Positions 44,105-60,830 of a stretch of 64,000 nucleotides of DNA are shown piece after piece (within the stretch, counting starts at the first letter, position 1; the number at the start of each line of letters is the position of its first letter). The stretch comes from the human T2T-CHM13v2.0 reference genome, Homo sapiens, in NCBI RefSeq assembly GCF_009914755.1, contig NC_060928.1. The stretch is one strand, 5' to 3'. The notes beneath the pieces are model-generated. The model did no database searches. It saw only the letters and a list, made by a program, of their open reading frames with translations, and was not told where the DNA came from. The translations under genes were made by a program, and so were the position numbers.

Positions 44105-44830
44105 TAGCTAATTTTTATATGCTATTTACTATGTGCCAGGTATTTTCCCAAGCTCTTTTATGTTTATTAACTCACTTAATTTTTATAAAACTCCATGGGG
44201 TAAGTACAATTGACTTCTTTATTTTAAATATAAAATTGAGACACTTAGAGGTTAAGTAAACTACCCAAGGTAGAGTAGGATTTGAACTCAGGATGTCTGG
44301 TTCTACAGTCTGTGCTTTTGACCATTAAACAACCATCATCATAGGACCATGTAAGAATTCCAGTGACTAGGAAAAGATCTCAGAGCTGGCATCTGGAATT
44401 ACTTATCCCTGAGTGCTAGAGGCGGTGACTTTATACCCCTCCTCCCTTGGGAAACTGCAGGTAACATCTTTAGTGTTTATTGAGTGACACTCTATGCTCG
44501 GTGTTAAGCTAGGCATTTTATACTATCTCCTAATAATTTAGGGTTAGTTCTAGAAGGTTCATAATGGAACCAAATGCCAGATGATGATGATAATAGTACT
44601 AATAAAAATATTGTGATACTCTATAGCAAAAACAATGATAATGAAAATAGCAGCTAATATTTGTTAAGGGCCTTCATTGTGCCAGGCATTGTGCTAAGCA
44701 CCTTTTATACACTATCTCATTTATAACTTCCCCAAAGCCTGAGGTGAGGACTATCATTTGGTAGAATTGTTGCATTTTCCAGTTTTTTTTTCATTTAAGC
44801 CACAGAGAGGATAAATAGTTCACGAATGGC
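44105..44830 (-). mobile_element. MIR copies at about 44105-44325 and 44640-44830
   Basis: TTACTATGTGCCAGG...AGAGGTTAAGTAA...GGATTTGAACTCAGG; TGTGCCAGGCATTGTGCTAAGCA. Confidence 0.75.
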
Positions 44831-45599
44831 TCTGGTTGAGGGTAGAAGAGAACTGTAAGGAGGGAGAATCAGAATGGTTTTGAAAGTTGTGGAGATTAAA
44901 TGTGTAAATATTTAGACAAGTGGTTTATATTATAAACAGCTATACGAATGAAAGATTGCTTATACTATCCACCCTGATTTTGCTGTATACTGAAAGCACT
45001 CAGAAACCAGCCGGCAGGGAACACAGTCTGCCCCATCCCACTGGAGGATGCTGGCAGCAAAAGCTTCCACCATCTGGCTTGGCAGTGCCAGGCTCTTACC
45101 TTGCCCAGGTGCCTGTGTGGATAAGATGGTGGGAGGGAAGGCAGAACCTCCGAATCCATAACTCCCAAATCCTCAAGGGAGACCAAAATATTATTCTGTT
45201 GCTTTCTGGAGTTCTCTCAATTTGAATTAAACTTTCCAGTTAAGTCCCATCCATTGGCCAAGTTAGTTTTTGGCCAACCCAATCTTACTATCTTCCATGG
45301 GTCCTGCTTGATGCTGCCTCTTCTGGAAGTGAGAATGGGGATTCATCCCTACCATGCCAATTTCTCAAGGGATAAAAAGGAAACTTCCACAAATATTTCA
45401 CTTCAGTAGATGATGAAGATTCTATAAAGAGATCATACAACTAGGGAAATCTTCCCTTTTGATCATGTCACTTTCCTTTTCAAAAATCTCTGTAATTCTT
45501 CAGTGCTTGCAGAATCAATCCCCAAATCCACCAGCCATCATTCAAGGCCCATTAAAGCCACACTAACTAACCATCCTTGTCCAGTCACTTCTGCCTCCT

Positions 45600-45916
45600 A
45601 GAGGTGCATGTGCAAGTGGGAAGTGATGGTGAAATTAACATCCTGGTGGTGAACCTCTGACTAATGGGAAACCAGACACCCTTTCCAATCCTACCAAGAT
45701 GCATTTTATGTAACGTCTCAGGGGTGCAGTTCTACAGATCCAGCAATGAGTTGCATTTAGCTGTGGCCAGATCAAAAATGCATTCTTGTACTGGTTCTCC
45801 CTCCCTCCTTGCTTCCCTTCTCTTGTCACTCACTTCTGCTCCCTAATAAAGTAATAAATTATGTGCAAGGTCTCTTCTGCCTCAGGTTTTGCATTTTGGA
45901 GAAGCCAGTAAAAACA
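45600..45916 (+). mobile_element. Ancient ERVL LTR (LTR16-like)
   Basis: GGGAAGTG...AATTAACATCC...CCCTAATAAA...CTCAGGTTTTGC. Confidence 0.5.
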
Positions 45917-46080
45917 GTTAAGAACATAGTTTTTGAGATCCTTGTTCTCACTTGTCAAAAATATTATCATTAATCATAATATTATTTGTTTAAGAGCACG
46001 TAAGATTATTGAATAAGAGAAGGGCTCAGACTCCACATTGTGTGGTTTTGAATCCTGGCTTCACCACTTAAAGACTGCAA

Positions 46081-46370
<290 letters not shown>

Positions 46371-47063
46371 GTGCAACTTTGCTGTGGTAAATATTATGGA
46401 ACAACTTACTCAAACCTCATTTCACTCTCCTTCTAGATGGATATTGAAAGGTTAAAATCTATATTCTCCACACTCTAATGCAGCTAGCATTCTGGATGTG
46501 AGTTCATGTACTTGTGTGATATTTGAAAGGCAGAACTGAATCAGAGACCATTCTCCTCTTTCTTCTTGGCTTCTCTTACTGGCGAGCAAGGCTGCGAACA
46601 ATTCCCACAGAGTCACCCTCCATTATCCTGGGTGTTGACAGACAGTTACAATGATAGAATGATCTAAATGTTTCCTCTCCTGATCCTTGGCCAGAATAAA
46701 ATGAACAAGAAAATACACTCAATTGGCAACAGACCATGAGTTAAATAATTAGTGAATCTGAAAGTGGGACTTTCAGAATAATAGCTTTCAAGGAATAACA
46801 GCAGAATTGGCCTGAAGACTGGAGTAATTGAAAAAGTAGATATGAGCGGCAACTTACCTCTTTTGAAATAGTGTTTCTCCTGACTGGAGGACTTACTTGG
46901 AGTTTAATCTTTACCTGCTCTTACCATGTGATGATAGATAAAACACTCAGACTCTCTGAGGGTTCAGTTCCCCATCTATAATATGTAAATGATGAGCCCA
47001 ACCTGGTGTGAGGGTCACGGGTGTGAAAGTGACTGTAGAGGGTGTCTACCTCTGTCTTTGCCG

Positions 47064-47360
47064 GTGTGTATGTCTGTACATCTGTGTGAGTGCATGTGTG
47101 TGTGTAAATGCATCTGTGTAGGTCTTTGTGAGTTTATCTGAATGTATGTTTCATGTTTCTAGTTTGTATGTCTTTGAGTTTTTACGGGCATGTTACTGTG
47201 TGCATGGGTGTGTGTGTGTGTGTGTGCACATGTGCTAGTTTATATATACATATCTATTTTGTGAAGGTGTGTTATGTACGTGATGTTGGACGGATGTCTC
47301 TCCATGTAACTGAAAACATGTATGTACATGGGTAAGTTTTTGCCTATGCTTCTCTATTTG
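47064..47360. repeat. Degenerate TG-rich low-complexity tract
   Basis: Read directly. Confidence 0.7.
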
Positions 47361-47894
47361 TGTGATTTCAGTAACACTCTAGTGTACAGGCTCAGAACCT
47401 CCTATAGAAATGTACAGAGCACCCTCTAGTGTTCAACAGGAGACAGTGCCTTGCCCACAACAGACAGCAGGGCCTAAATTGCCTTCCATAAAGCAATGGT
47501 CCGCACATGCCCATGGCCGGCTTTCTGGACTGTCCTTAAGAGGCAGAGGTGGATGGTCTGGAGTGGGGTGCCCCTGTGACAGAGAACTCTGTACAGAATG
47601 TGACTCACAGGAAGGTGCTTGATGATGTGAGGTGAAAAGCAGCATCTGCTGCCTGTGGGGACAGGATCACCAGGGAGCAAGTAGGGCATAGGGATAAGAG
47701 TTTATTATGCTTCATTTTCATTTGGCGAGTCAGTGGGAAGGTGGTTGGTATATAATCAGATTGCAGTGGCAAGGAAACTTACCTCTGTTCTGTACATCTG
47801 AGGATCCGCACTCGAGAAGCTGATCCCAGAATACGCTATATTCCTATATGGCTCTGTATAGAGAATGTTGGGGCGGACAGCATCTGAAGTACAT

Positions 47895-48130
47895 AGGTGC
47901 TGCCTATGGAATGTTTACTCTGTGCCAGGCACTGGACTAAATCCTTTAAGTATTATGTTATTTGATTCTGTAAACAACTACACAAAGTGAATACTATTAA
48001 TATGTCCATTTCAAAGATGAGAAAACTGAGGTCTAGCAAAACTAAATAATTTGTCCAAGGACACACAGTTGAGAGGTAATAAAACCCGATTTTGAATCCA
48101 AATCATCTAAAATAAAAACACTGCTCTTAA
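47895..48130 (-). mobile_element. MIR
   Basis: TGTGCCAGGCACTG...CCATTTCAAAGATGAGAAAACTGAGG...TCCAAGGACACACAG. Confidence 0.85.
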
Positions 48131-48980
48131 TCATTACAGGGCATTCCATGGTCCAAACCACCATTTTATAAAAGACAACATGAAAACCAGAAGCAGGGCA
48201 CTGGCTGCCAATTTGACGTAAGATAACTGGAAGGAAAATGCTGATGACTTAAAGTATGTGAAATTTTGGCAAGGCTGCCAAGACCATTCAACAAAAAGGA
48301 CAATCGTTTCAGTAAATGATGTTGGAAAAATACCCACGTACAAAAAAATAAAGTTGGAGCCTTGCTTTATACCATGCACAAAATTAACTCAAAATGAATC
48401 AAAGACCTAAACATAATACTTAAAATTATAAAACTCTCAGAAGAAAACACAGGGAAAAAGTTTCATGATATTGGATTTGGCAATGACTTTGTGAATATGA
48501 TACTAAAAACACAGATACCAGAAGAAATAGATAAATTAGACTTGATCAAAATTAAAAACTTTTAGGAATCAATGGACACTCAATAGAATAAAAAGACAAC
48601 ACGTGGAACTGGGGGAAATATTTACAAATCTACATTTGATCAGGAGTTGATATACAGATTATATAAAGAACTTTTATAACTCAGCAACAAAGAACCAATT
48701 TAATTAAGAAATGAGGAGAAACAGGACAAAAATGTCCATTCTCATAACTTCTTCTCAACATGGTACTTGAAATCATGGCCAGAGCAGTTAGGCAAGGGAA
48801 AGAATCAGAAGGTATCCAAATTGGAAAAGAGGAAGTTAAATTGTCCCTGTTTGCAGATGATATGACTTTATATATAGAAAACTCTAAAAATTCCACCAAT
48901 AAAACTCTCAGAACTGATAAACAAATTCAATGAAGTTGTAGGATACAAAATCAACATACAAAAATCAGTAGTATTTCTAT

Positions 48981-49272
48981 GCTAGGCTTGATGGCTCATG
49001 CCTGTAATCCCAGCACTTTGGGAGGCTGAGGTGGGTGGATCACATGAGGTCAGGAGTTTGAGACTAGCCTGGCCAACATGGCCAAACCCCATCTCTACTA
49101 AAAATACAAAAATTAGCCCGGCATGGTGGTGCGTGTCTGTAATCCCAGCTACTCAGGAAGCTGAAGCATGAGAATCACTTGAACCCAGTATGTGGAGGCT
49201 GAAGTGAGCTGAGAGCGCACCAGTGCTCTCCAGCCTGGGTGACAGAGCAAGACTGTCTCAAAAAAAAAAAAA
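48981..49272 (+). mobile_element. AluSx-like
   Basis: Full Alu with poly-A; no clear TSD. Confidence 0.92.
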
Positions 49273-49423
49273 GGCTGGGAAAATTGGATATTCACATGCA
49301 GAAGAATGAAACTGAACCCCTATCTTTCACCATATATAAAAATCAACTAAAAATGATTTAAAGACTTCAGTATAAGACCTGAAACTATAAAGCTACCAGA
49401 AGAAAACAGGGAAGACACTTCAT

Positions 49424-49650
49424 CAGCCTGGGCAATATGGCAAACCCCATCTCTACAAAAAATACAAAAATTAGCCATGTGGGGTGGTGCATGCCTGTCA
49501 TCCTAGCTACTTAGGGAGTTGCGGTGGGAAGATCTCTTGAGTCCAGAAGGCAGAGGTTGCAGTGAGCCAAGATCACGGCATTGCACTCCAGCCTGGGTGA
49601 CAAAGGGAGACCCTGTCTCAAAAGAACAAAAGCAAAACAAAACAAAACAG
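49424..49650 (+). mobile_element. 5'-truncated AluJb-like
   Basis: CAGCCTGGGCAATATGGCAAACCCC...GACCCTGTCTC plus (CAAAA)n; flanked by ACACTTCAT. Confidence 0.85.
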
Positions 49651-50160
49651 AAACACTTCATGACATGAGATTAGGCAAGAATCTTTTGAATAGGACCTTA
49701 AAACATAAACAACAAATGCAAAAATAAAGACATGGGGTTACATCAAATTACAAAGGTTCTGCCTGGTGAAGGAAACAACAGAGTGAAAAGACAACCTGTA
49801 GAATGGGAGAAAATATTTGCAAACTATGCATCTGACATGGGGTTAATATCCAGAATATATAAGGAACTCAAGCAACTCAGCAGCAAAAAACAAACAATTC
49901 AACTACAAAATGGGCAAAAGACCATGTTGATTCAGCATTATTCACAGTAGCCCAGATATGGGCTTAACTTAGGTGTCTAACAATGGATGAATGGATAAAA
50001 TGATAAATTGATAAAATAAATGTATAGTTATGCACTGCATTACAGCATTTCAGTTAATGACTGACCAGAAATGTGATGGTGGTCCAAAAAGATTACAAGG
50101 CAGCTGAAAAATTCCTATCACAGTGACATTGTAGCTGTCATAACAGTGTAACACAATTAC

Positions 50161-51837
50161 TTTATTTTTATTTTTTTTATTATACTTTAAGTTTTAGGGT
50201 ACATGTGCACAACGTGCAGGTTTGTTACATATGTATACATGTGCCATGTTGGTGTGCTGCACCCATTAACTGATCATTTACATTAGGTATATCTCCTAAT
50301 GCTATCCCTCCCCCCTCCCCCCACCCCACAACAGGTCCTGGTGTGTGACGTTCCCCTTCCTGTGTCCAAGTGTTCTCATTGTTCAGTTCCCACCTATGAG
50401 TGAGAACATGTGGTGTTTGTTTTTTTTTGTCCTTGCGATAGTTTGCTGAGAATGATGGTTTCCAGCTTCATCCGTGTCCCTACAAAGACATGAACTCATC
50501 ATTTTTTTATGGCTGCATAGTATTCCATGGTGTATATGTGCCACATTTTCTTAATCCAGTCTATCGTTGTTGGACATTTGGTTTGTTCCAAGTCTTTGCT
50601 ATTGTGAATAGTGCCGCAATAAACATACCTGTGCATGTGTCTTTATAGCAGCATGATTTATAATCCTTTGGGTATATACCCAGTAATAGGATGGCTGGGT
50701 CAAATGGTATTTCTAGTTCTAGATCCCTGAGGAATCGCCACACTGACTTCCACAATGGTTGAACTAGTTTACAGTCCCACCAACAGTGTAAAAGTGTTCC
50801 TGTTTCTCCACATCCTCTCCAGCACCTGTTGTTTCCTGACTTCTTAATGATCACCATTCTAACTGGTGTGAGATGGTATCTCATTGTGGTTTTGCTTTGC
50901 ATTTGTCTGATGGCCAGTGATGATGAGCATTTTTTCACATGTCTATTGGCTGCATAAATGTCTTCTTTTGAGAAGTGTCTGTTCATATCCTTTGCCCACT
51001 TGTTGATGGGTTTGTTTTTTTCTTGTAAATTTAAGTTCTTTGTAGATTCTGGATATTAGCCCTTTGTCAGATGAGTAGATTGCAAAAATTTTCTCCCATT
51101 CTGTAGGTTGCCTCTTCACTCTGATGGTAGTTTCTTTTGCTGTGCAGGAGCTCTTTAGTTTAATTAGATCCCATTTATCAATTTTTGCTTTTGTTGCCAT
51201 TGCTTTTGGTGTTTTAGACATGAAGTCCTTGCCCATGCCTATGTCCTGAATGGTATTGCCTAGGTTTTCTTCTAGGGTTTTTATGGTTTTAGGTCTAACA
51301 TTTAAGTCTTTAATCCATCTTGAATTAATTTTTGTATAAGGTGTAAGGAAGTGATCCAGTTTCAGCTTTCTCCATATGGCTAGCCAGTTTTGCCAGCACC
51401 ATTTATTAAATAGGGAATCCTTTCCCCATTTCTTGTTTTTGTCAGGTTTGTCAAAGATCAGATGGTTGTAGATGTGTGGTATTATTTCTGAGGCCTCTGT
51501 TCTGTTCCATTGGTTTATATCTCTGTTTTGGTACCAGTACCATGCTGTTTTGGTTACTGTAGCCTTGTATAGTTTGAAGTCAGGTAGCATGAAGCCTCCA
51601 GCTTTGTTCTTTTGGCTTAGGATTGACTTGGCAATGCAGGCTCTTTTTTGGTTCCATTTGAACTTTAAAGTAGTTTTTTCCAATTCTGTGAAGAAAGTCC
51701 TTGGTAGCTTGATGGGGATAGCATTGAATCTATAAATTACCTTGGGCAGTATGGCCATTTTCATGATATTAATTCTTCCTAGCCATGAGCATGGAATGTT
51801 CTTCCATTTGTTTGTATCCTCTTTTATTTCATTGAGC
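50161..51837 (-). mobile_element. 5'-truncated L1PA (L1PA4-like), about 1.7 kb
   Basis: ORFs 50943-51914 and 50561-50986 give the L1 ORF2 C-terminus (KWKNIPCSW...[18 protein letters not shown]) split by a frameshift; TSD ACACAATTACTTT. Confidence 0.97.
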
Positions 51838-52022
51838 ACACAATTACTTTTAAAAAATAAATTTAGCCTAAGTGTACAGTGTTTATAATAAAGTCTACAG
51901 TAATATACGGTCATGTCCTAGATATTCACATTCACTCACCACTAACTCACTGACTCACCCAGAGAAACTTTCAGTCCTACACATGCCATTCATGGTACTT
52001 GACTATACAGGTAACTGTTTAA

Positions 52023-52622
<600 letters not shown>

Positions 52623-53539
52623 TTATCATACCTTTTCTATATTTGGATATGTTTAGATACACAAATACTTGCCATTGTGTTCTAATTGCCTACAGTATTT
52701 AATACAGTAACATGCTGTACATGTTTATAACCTAGGAGTATTGCTCCTAGGCACACCAATGGCTATATCACGTAGCCTAGGTGTGTAGTAGACTATACCA
52801 TCTAGGTTTGCCTGAGTACCTGCGGTTAGGTTCACACAATGACAAAATTGCCTAACAACTCATTTCTCAGAATGTGTCCCTGTCATTAAGTGATGCATGA
52901 CTGTATATATACACAACAGAATACTATTTAGGCATTAAAAAAATAATATTGTGTCATTTAGGGCAATATAAATGAACCTGGAGGACATGATGTAAAGTGA
53001 AATAAGCAGGCATAGAAAGAGAAATACTGCACGGTCTCACTCACATGTGAAATCTAAAGAAGTTGATCTCATAGATGTAGGAAGTGTAATAGTGCTTACC
53101 AGAGGCTTGGTGCTGGTGGTGGTGTCGTTTGGGGGGTGGGGGCATGCGGGGAGGGAAGATAGGGAGAGATTGGTCAAGAGGTACCAAATTACAATTAGAT
53201 AGAATGAATAATCTGTGGTGTTCTATTGCTTGGTAGGGGGACTATGATTAACAATATTGTATTGTATTTATCAAATTAAAGAAAAGAATTCCCTTAGGGG
53301 CTTCTAGTTCTATGAAGCAGCGGCCCATCACATCTGCTGAGGTTGTGGGAGACAGCAGTCTGAAGAAAGTGGAGAAAATTGGTAATAGTTTTGAGGAGGA
53401 TGTGCAGGAGTGTTGGCTAAGGACATAATGATGTAAGCGCCACATAGTAGGCACTGAGTAAAAACACATGAAGTATGAGTGCATAAGAATGATAGTTGAC
53501 CATTAATGGGATACCATGAGTTTATGGCGGCACCAATAT

Positions 53540-53837
<298 letters not shown>

Positions 53838-54512
53838 GTGGTACCAATGTTCCTATGTGAATGATCTTACTTGAGGATAGCTTGGAAAAGGCAGAGAATT
53901 TGGATTTTGGTAGGTTGGAGTGAAGGAAGGAGAATGGCTATTTGGGTTGTTTAAGTGATGGATCATAAAATCTATAATGGTAAGGTAAAAACTAAAGACG
54001 AAGTTGCTGACAGAAAGGGGTAGAATTGCTGTATAGAAGGTACTGACAAGGGGAATTAGTATGTGGACATAAGTTGGAAGGACTGAAGGCTGTTTGGAGG
54101 GTGAGAAATTCCACTTGTATTATTTCTGAAGAATGAGCTGTTCCTGGTGAGTAAGGTCTAGGTTGTAGCCATTACTGTACTGGAATGGGGGCAAAGAACT
54201 CTGAGATGAAACAGTCTAAATCTGGGAATTGAGGTGCCAGTTTATTTGATGTTCCATCACAGGGATGTATAGGTCTCTCATATATCTCCCCACTCTTTGA
54301 AATCCCTGCCCTCCACCCCTTCCTGCCTCTTCTTCAACCTTCCAGGGTCTCTATAACTATCTGCACTCAGAATTGACAGCAAGTGTCAGGAGCTGAAGGG
54401 AAATCATGAATAGCTAATAAACATAAACCATTATTCTTTTTTAAAAACTTATAGTTTCAAGAGTACATGTGCTGGTTTGTTATAAAATAATTTGCATGAT
54501 ATGGCATTATTC

Positions 54513-54808
<296 letters not shown>

Positions 54809-54829
54809 TGATATGGCATTATTCTTAAC

Positions 54830-56430
<1,601 letters not shown>

Positions 56431-57964
56431 TTTGTATCTCAAACATATATAAATAAGGTAAACATTATTTCTCTTTCCAATTGCTCCTTTAGTAATTATG
56501 TCTCCCCCCCTCCCCCCGCCCCCCAGCTTTTCTCATTCCTATGGCTCACACTCTCCCTCTACTGGTAGCTCCTGCAACCACAGATTACTTCCTTCCTTGT
56601 TTTAACATGTCCTTGTTTTTAATTGAAGTGATGAACAGAAAGACTTTACCTTTGTCCCTGTGTTGTTTGTCATCTAGACTTTTCATTCAAAGACCAGTTT
56701 TCAAAGTAAAGTGCTAAATATATTATAAAAACCATTGAAGGGGTTCCATCTCCCTTATGAACGAAACAATTTAAAACTGGCTTTGCTTGGTTACTGTAAC
56801 AACCAGGGAGACTCTGGGTGGGGGCGTGGGCTGCAGTGGAGTTTAGTTTCATTTTGGAAAATGGATATTTAAGAGGAGGGTACTTTGGAGAAATATTTGA
56901 GAAAGGATATAAGACATTGTGCATTTATATGCTTATTTGTATTAAAATGAATTTGACAATAATCAATTTACTTTGCTTGAGTCCTTAACGTAATTTTTTT
57001 CTAATGATATTTAAGCCTGTTCTTTGGCCTCATTTTTCCTGTCATTGTAGACAATAAATGTCCATCAATATTTGCATATTGTCCTTTTACATGGTGAAAT
57101 TATTTTTTAGTTTCCTATTTCTTGCTTCTCTGAGCGAAGTTCCTATCAACTATGTTGATCATCATTTCTATTTCCAGTGCTTATACATTATTATATATTA
57201 TTTATTGCACTTGCCTTAACTGTTTTCCAGGTGAGTTAGCTTTTTTTTAATGAAGCAAAGCAAATACACAGCTATTTATTTCACTAAGATATTTTTAATT
57301 TATCTTTCTTTTCCCAAGTACCACAATATAGCTCGTTACATTTTAAAACTGAAGCTCTAATATTCTGAATATGATTTATGCTATAAATATTTAAAAATGT
57401 ATACTAAGCAAAGTTTATCCCAGAAGAAACCAATCTGTTCCAGATGTCCGATTGCTGGTCTCCCTTGCTGCTTGCCAGTTATCTTGCTGTTTGCTTCTGT
57501 GGGTCTTCCTCTGTCACTTCAGAATCTGTTGAGAGTTTTTATTCATTCTAGAGCCCTTGAGAGGAAAGCACTGGGTTGACAGCAGAACATTTTTTTCCTT
57601 CAATTGCGGTGACTTTTTCTCTTCTCCTGAAAATGAGTAATATTATATATATCTTGGGAATATATATATATATATGGAATTTTGACATTTGATATGTGAT
57701 GTGAAAAGTTGTTTATAAAAACAAGTCAAGTTTGTGAAAACAGGAAAAATTGAGAAGGAAATGCCCAATGAGTTAACTGGAATAAGAAGTTTGTGGAAAC
57801 AGGAATGAATATCAGAGAGAGGGCTGTGAAAGAGGGAGGCTTCCAGTGTCTACATTATGTCATATTTAAGCAACTGATGTAAAAATATTTTGGGTAATTT
57901 TTTCTTTTGGCAATTTTTCTTTTTTAATCATTTGCAAAATGACATTTAAGAAAAGAAATAAACA

Positions 57965-58535
<571 letters not shown>

Positions 58536-58559
58536 CTAAAAGTGGTCTTTTAGTCTTCA

Positions 58560-58905
58560 CAATACTCTTACAGAAAAACAAAATGATCCCTCCCCTTACC
58601 TCAGGTATTTTCCTTATTTCTGACCTACCTAACTTCTCATCCTTCAGCTCTCACCTTCAACATCTCTCTCACAGAAGACTCATCAATTCTTCTTACACCC
58701 CAATCTAGATCAGGCCCATAGGCCAGAATGGCTCAGCATCTTCGGTATTTTTCCTGATAGTGCTACTGGCTGTTTGAATCTGCATGTTTATTGATTGTAA
58801 GCTCCACAGAGGAAAAGCCCATGTCAGCGTGGCTTCCTGCTGTATTCCTCACCTAGTACTATACCTGGAGCATTGCAGTGGTCAATAATATGTTGAATAA
58901 ATGAA
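58560..58905 (+). mobile_element. L2 3' end
   Basis: GATTGTAAGCTCCACAGAGG...GCTGTATTCC...CAATAATATGTTGAATAAATGAA. Confidence 0.7.
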
Positions 58906-58997
58906 GAGTAGCTGCATCCACGAGTGTCGAACAGTTCATACGTGTGTTAGTTACATATTTCACCACTTCAAGTGCCCCATTTAAAATTCTCACCTGA

Positions 58998-59338
<341 letters not shown>

Positions 59339-59838
59339 ATTATGCTTTCTAAAAGAGAAACATACTGCCTGTCCTCAGTCAATGATGTATGCTTCATGGT
59401 TGGTGTATATCAAAGGCTTTCCTAGGAATCTAAAATACGACATCGGGATAGAAGGCATTGTGCTGAGAGTGTTATCAATACAGTAATTCCTGCAATAGAT
59501 ACTTGCTGACAGGCCCATCTTTTAAAACCATCCCTTTCATTCTATTGTTTCTCTACTGAGGAACATACAATGGTTTCCTCATGGGCAACCATATTAAATC
59601 ATACGATTGCAAAGTGGGAGCCTGGATGAACTTCCCAGTTGCCTTACTTCTTTCTTTTAATAAATAAAGGGTTCCATACCCAAAGAGGTCCAGTCATTAT
59701 AAACTTCTTAAAGCAGAGTTGTGGCCATGTCATTTCCTTACTGGAGGCTTCAGCCATGCATGCTCAGTTTTTTATGATCTGCCTTTATGACTTTTCTCTT
59801 ATTTTATTCCCTTTACTACACTCTTTGCTCTAGCCTTG

Positions 59839-60138
59839 TGATATGGTTTTGATGTTTGTCCCCTCCAAGTCTCATGTTGCAATGTGATTCCCAGTGTTGG
59901 CTGTGGGGCTGGTGGGAGGTGTATGGATCACAGGGGTGGATCCCTCATGAATGGCTTAGTGCCACCCCCTTGGTGATGAGTGAGTTCTTGCTCTGAGTTC
60001 ACACAAGGTTTGGTTGTTTTGAAAGTGTGTGGCACCTCCCCCTTGCTCTCTTGCCCCTGCTCTTGCTATGTGACGTGCCTGTTCCCATTTTGCCTTCCGC
60101 TATGATTGGAAGCTTCCCAAGACCCTCACCAGAAGCAT
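59839..60138 (+). mobile_element. MSTB-like LTR, 3' truncated
   Basis: TGATATGGTTTTGATGTTTGTCCCCTCC...CCCTCACCAGAAGCA. Confidence 0.85.
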
Positions 60139-60439
60139 AGGACAAGTTACTAAACCTCTCCAATTCTGTAAAGTAATGCCTATTTACAACAATCTCACTG
60201 AGTTTCACCTATGAATAGCAAATGTGAAAATGTCTTGGAAATCCTGTGTGAGGTGTAAGTTCTACACAATTATCAGTTTTTATTATTAGGAGGGAGTGAA
60301 TACCCTCAAATATTTGTGTCATTCTCAGGCTAGCCCATGGTAGCTTTAATGGTTGTAATCTGATCAAGGCTGGCTTTGGAATGGGAGGTAGAAAGAGAAG
60401 TGAGTGAAGTTCGTGTCCCCACTCACCTACTTTATAATA

Positions 60440-60509
60440 TTAGGTTGGTGCAAAAGTAATTGCCATTACTTTTAATGGCAAAGCTGCAATTACTTTTGCA
60501 CCAACCTAA
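60440..60509. mobile_element. MADE1 (mariner MITE)
   Basis: TA|TTAGGTTGGTGCAAAAGTAATTGC...GCAATTACTTTTGCACCAACCTAA|TA; perfect 24-bp inverted termini. Confidence 0.95.
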
Positions 60510-60694
60510 TAGAAATGTGCCTTTATTTTTGTATCTTATCACTATTGGAACAAATCTCTTGTGTGCTATTAAATCTATCAAGTAACCCACCTTATAAAAT
60601 AAAATACTTAAGTGTTTTTGCAAATTTAACACATAGGAGCTTTCTCCCATAAGCAACTCTTTGCTGTGTAATGATACTCGATTTTATCCTGAAG

Positions 60695-60830
60695 CAGTAA
60701 TTCTTAATCTTCACTGAATATTAGAGTCACTTGGGGAGCTTTAAAAAATCCCAGTGCCCAGACTGTACCCCAGGCCAGTTTAATTAGAATCTCTAGTAAT
60801 TCCAGTGAGCGTCTAATATTAAGCATCAAT
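60695..60830. mobile_element. MER5A-like fragment
   Basis: CAGTAATTCTTAA...TTAGAGTCACTTGGGGAGCTTTAAAAAATCCCAGTGCCCAG. Confidence 0.7.

Noticed and set aside
50561-51914. Longest ORFs (323 aa and 141 aa) as a protein-coding gene
   Set aside because: C-terminal L1 ORF2 of a 5'-truncated, frameshifted L1PA; the N-terminal residues come from flanking Tigger3; no endonuclease, RT core or promoter
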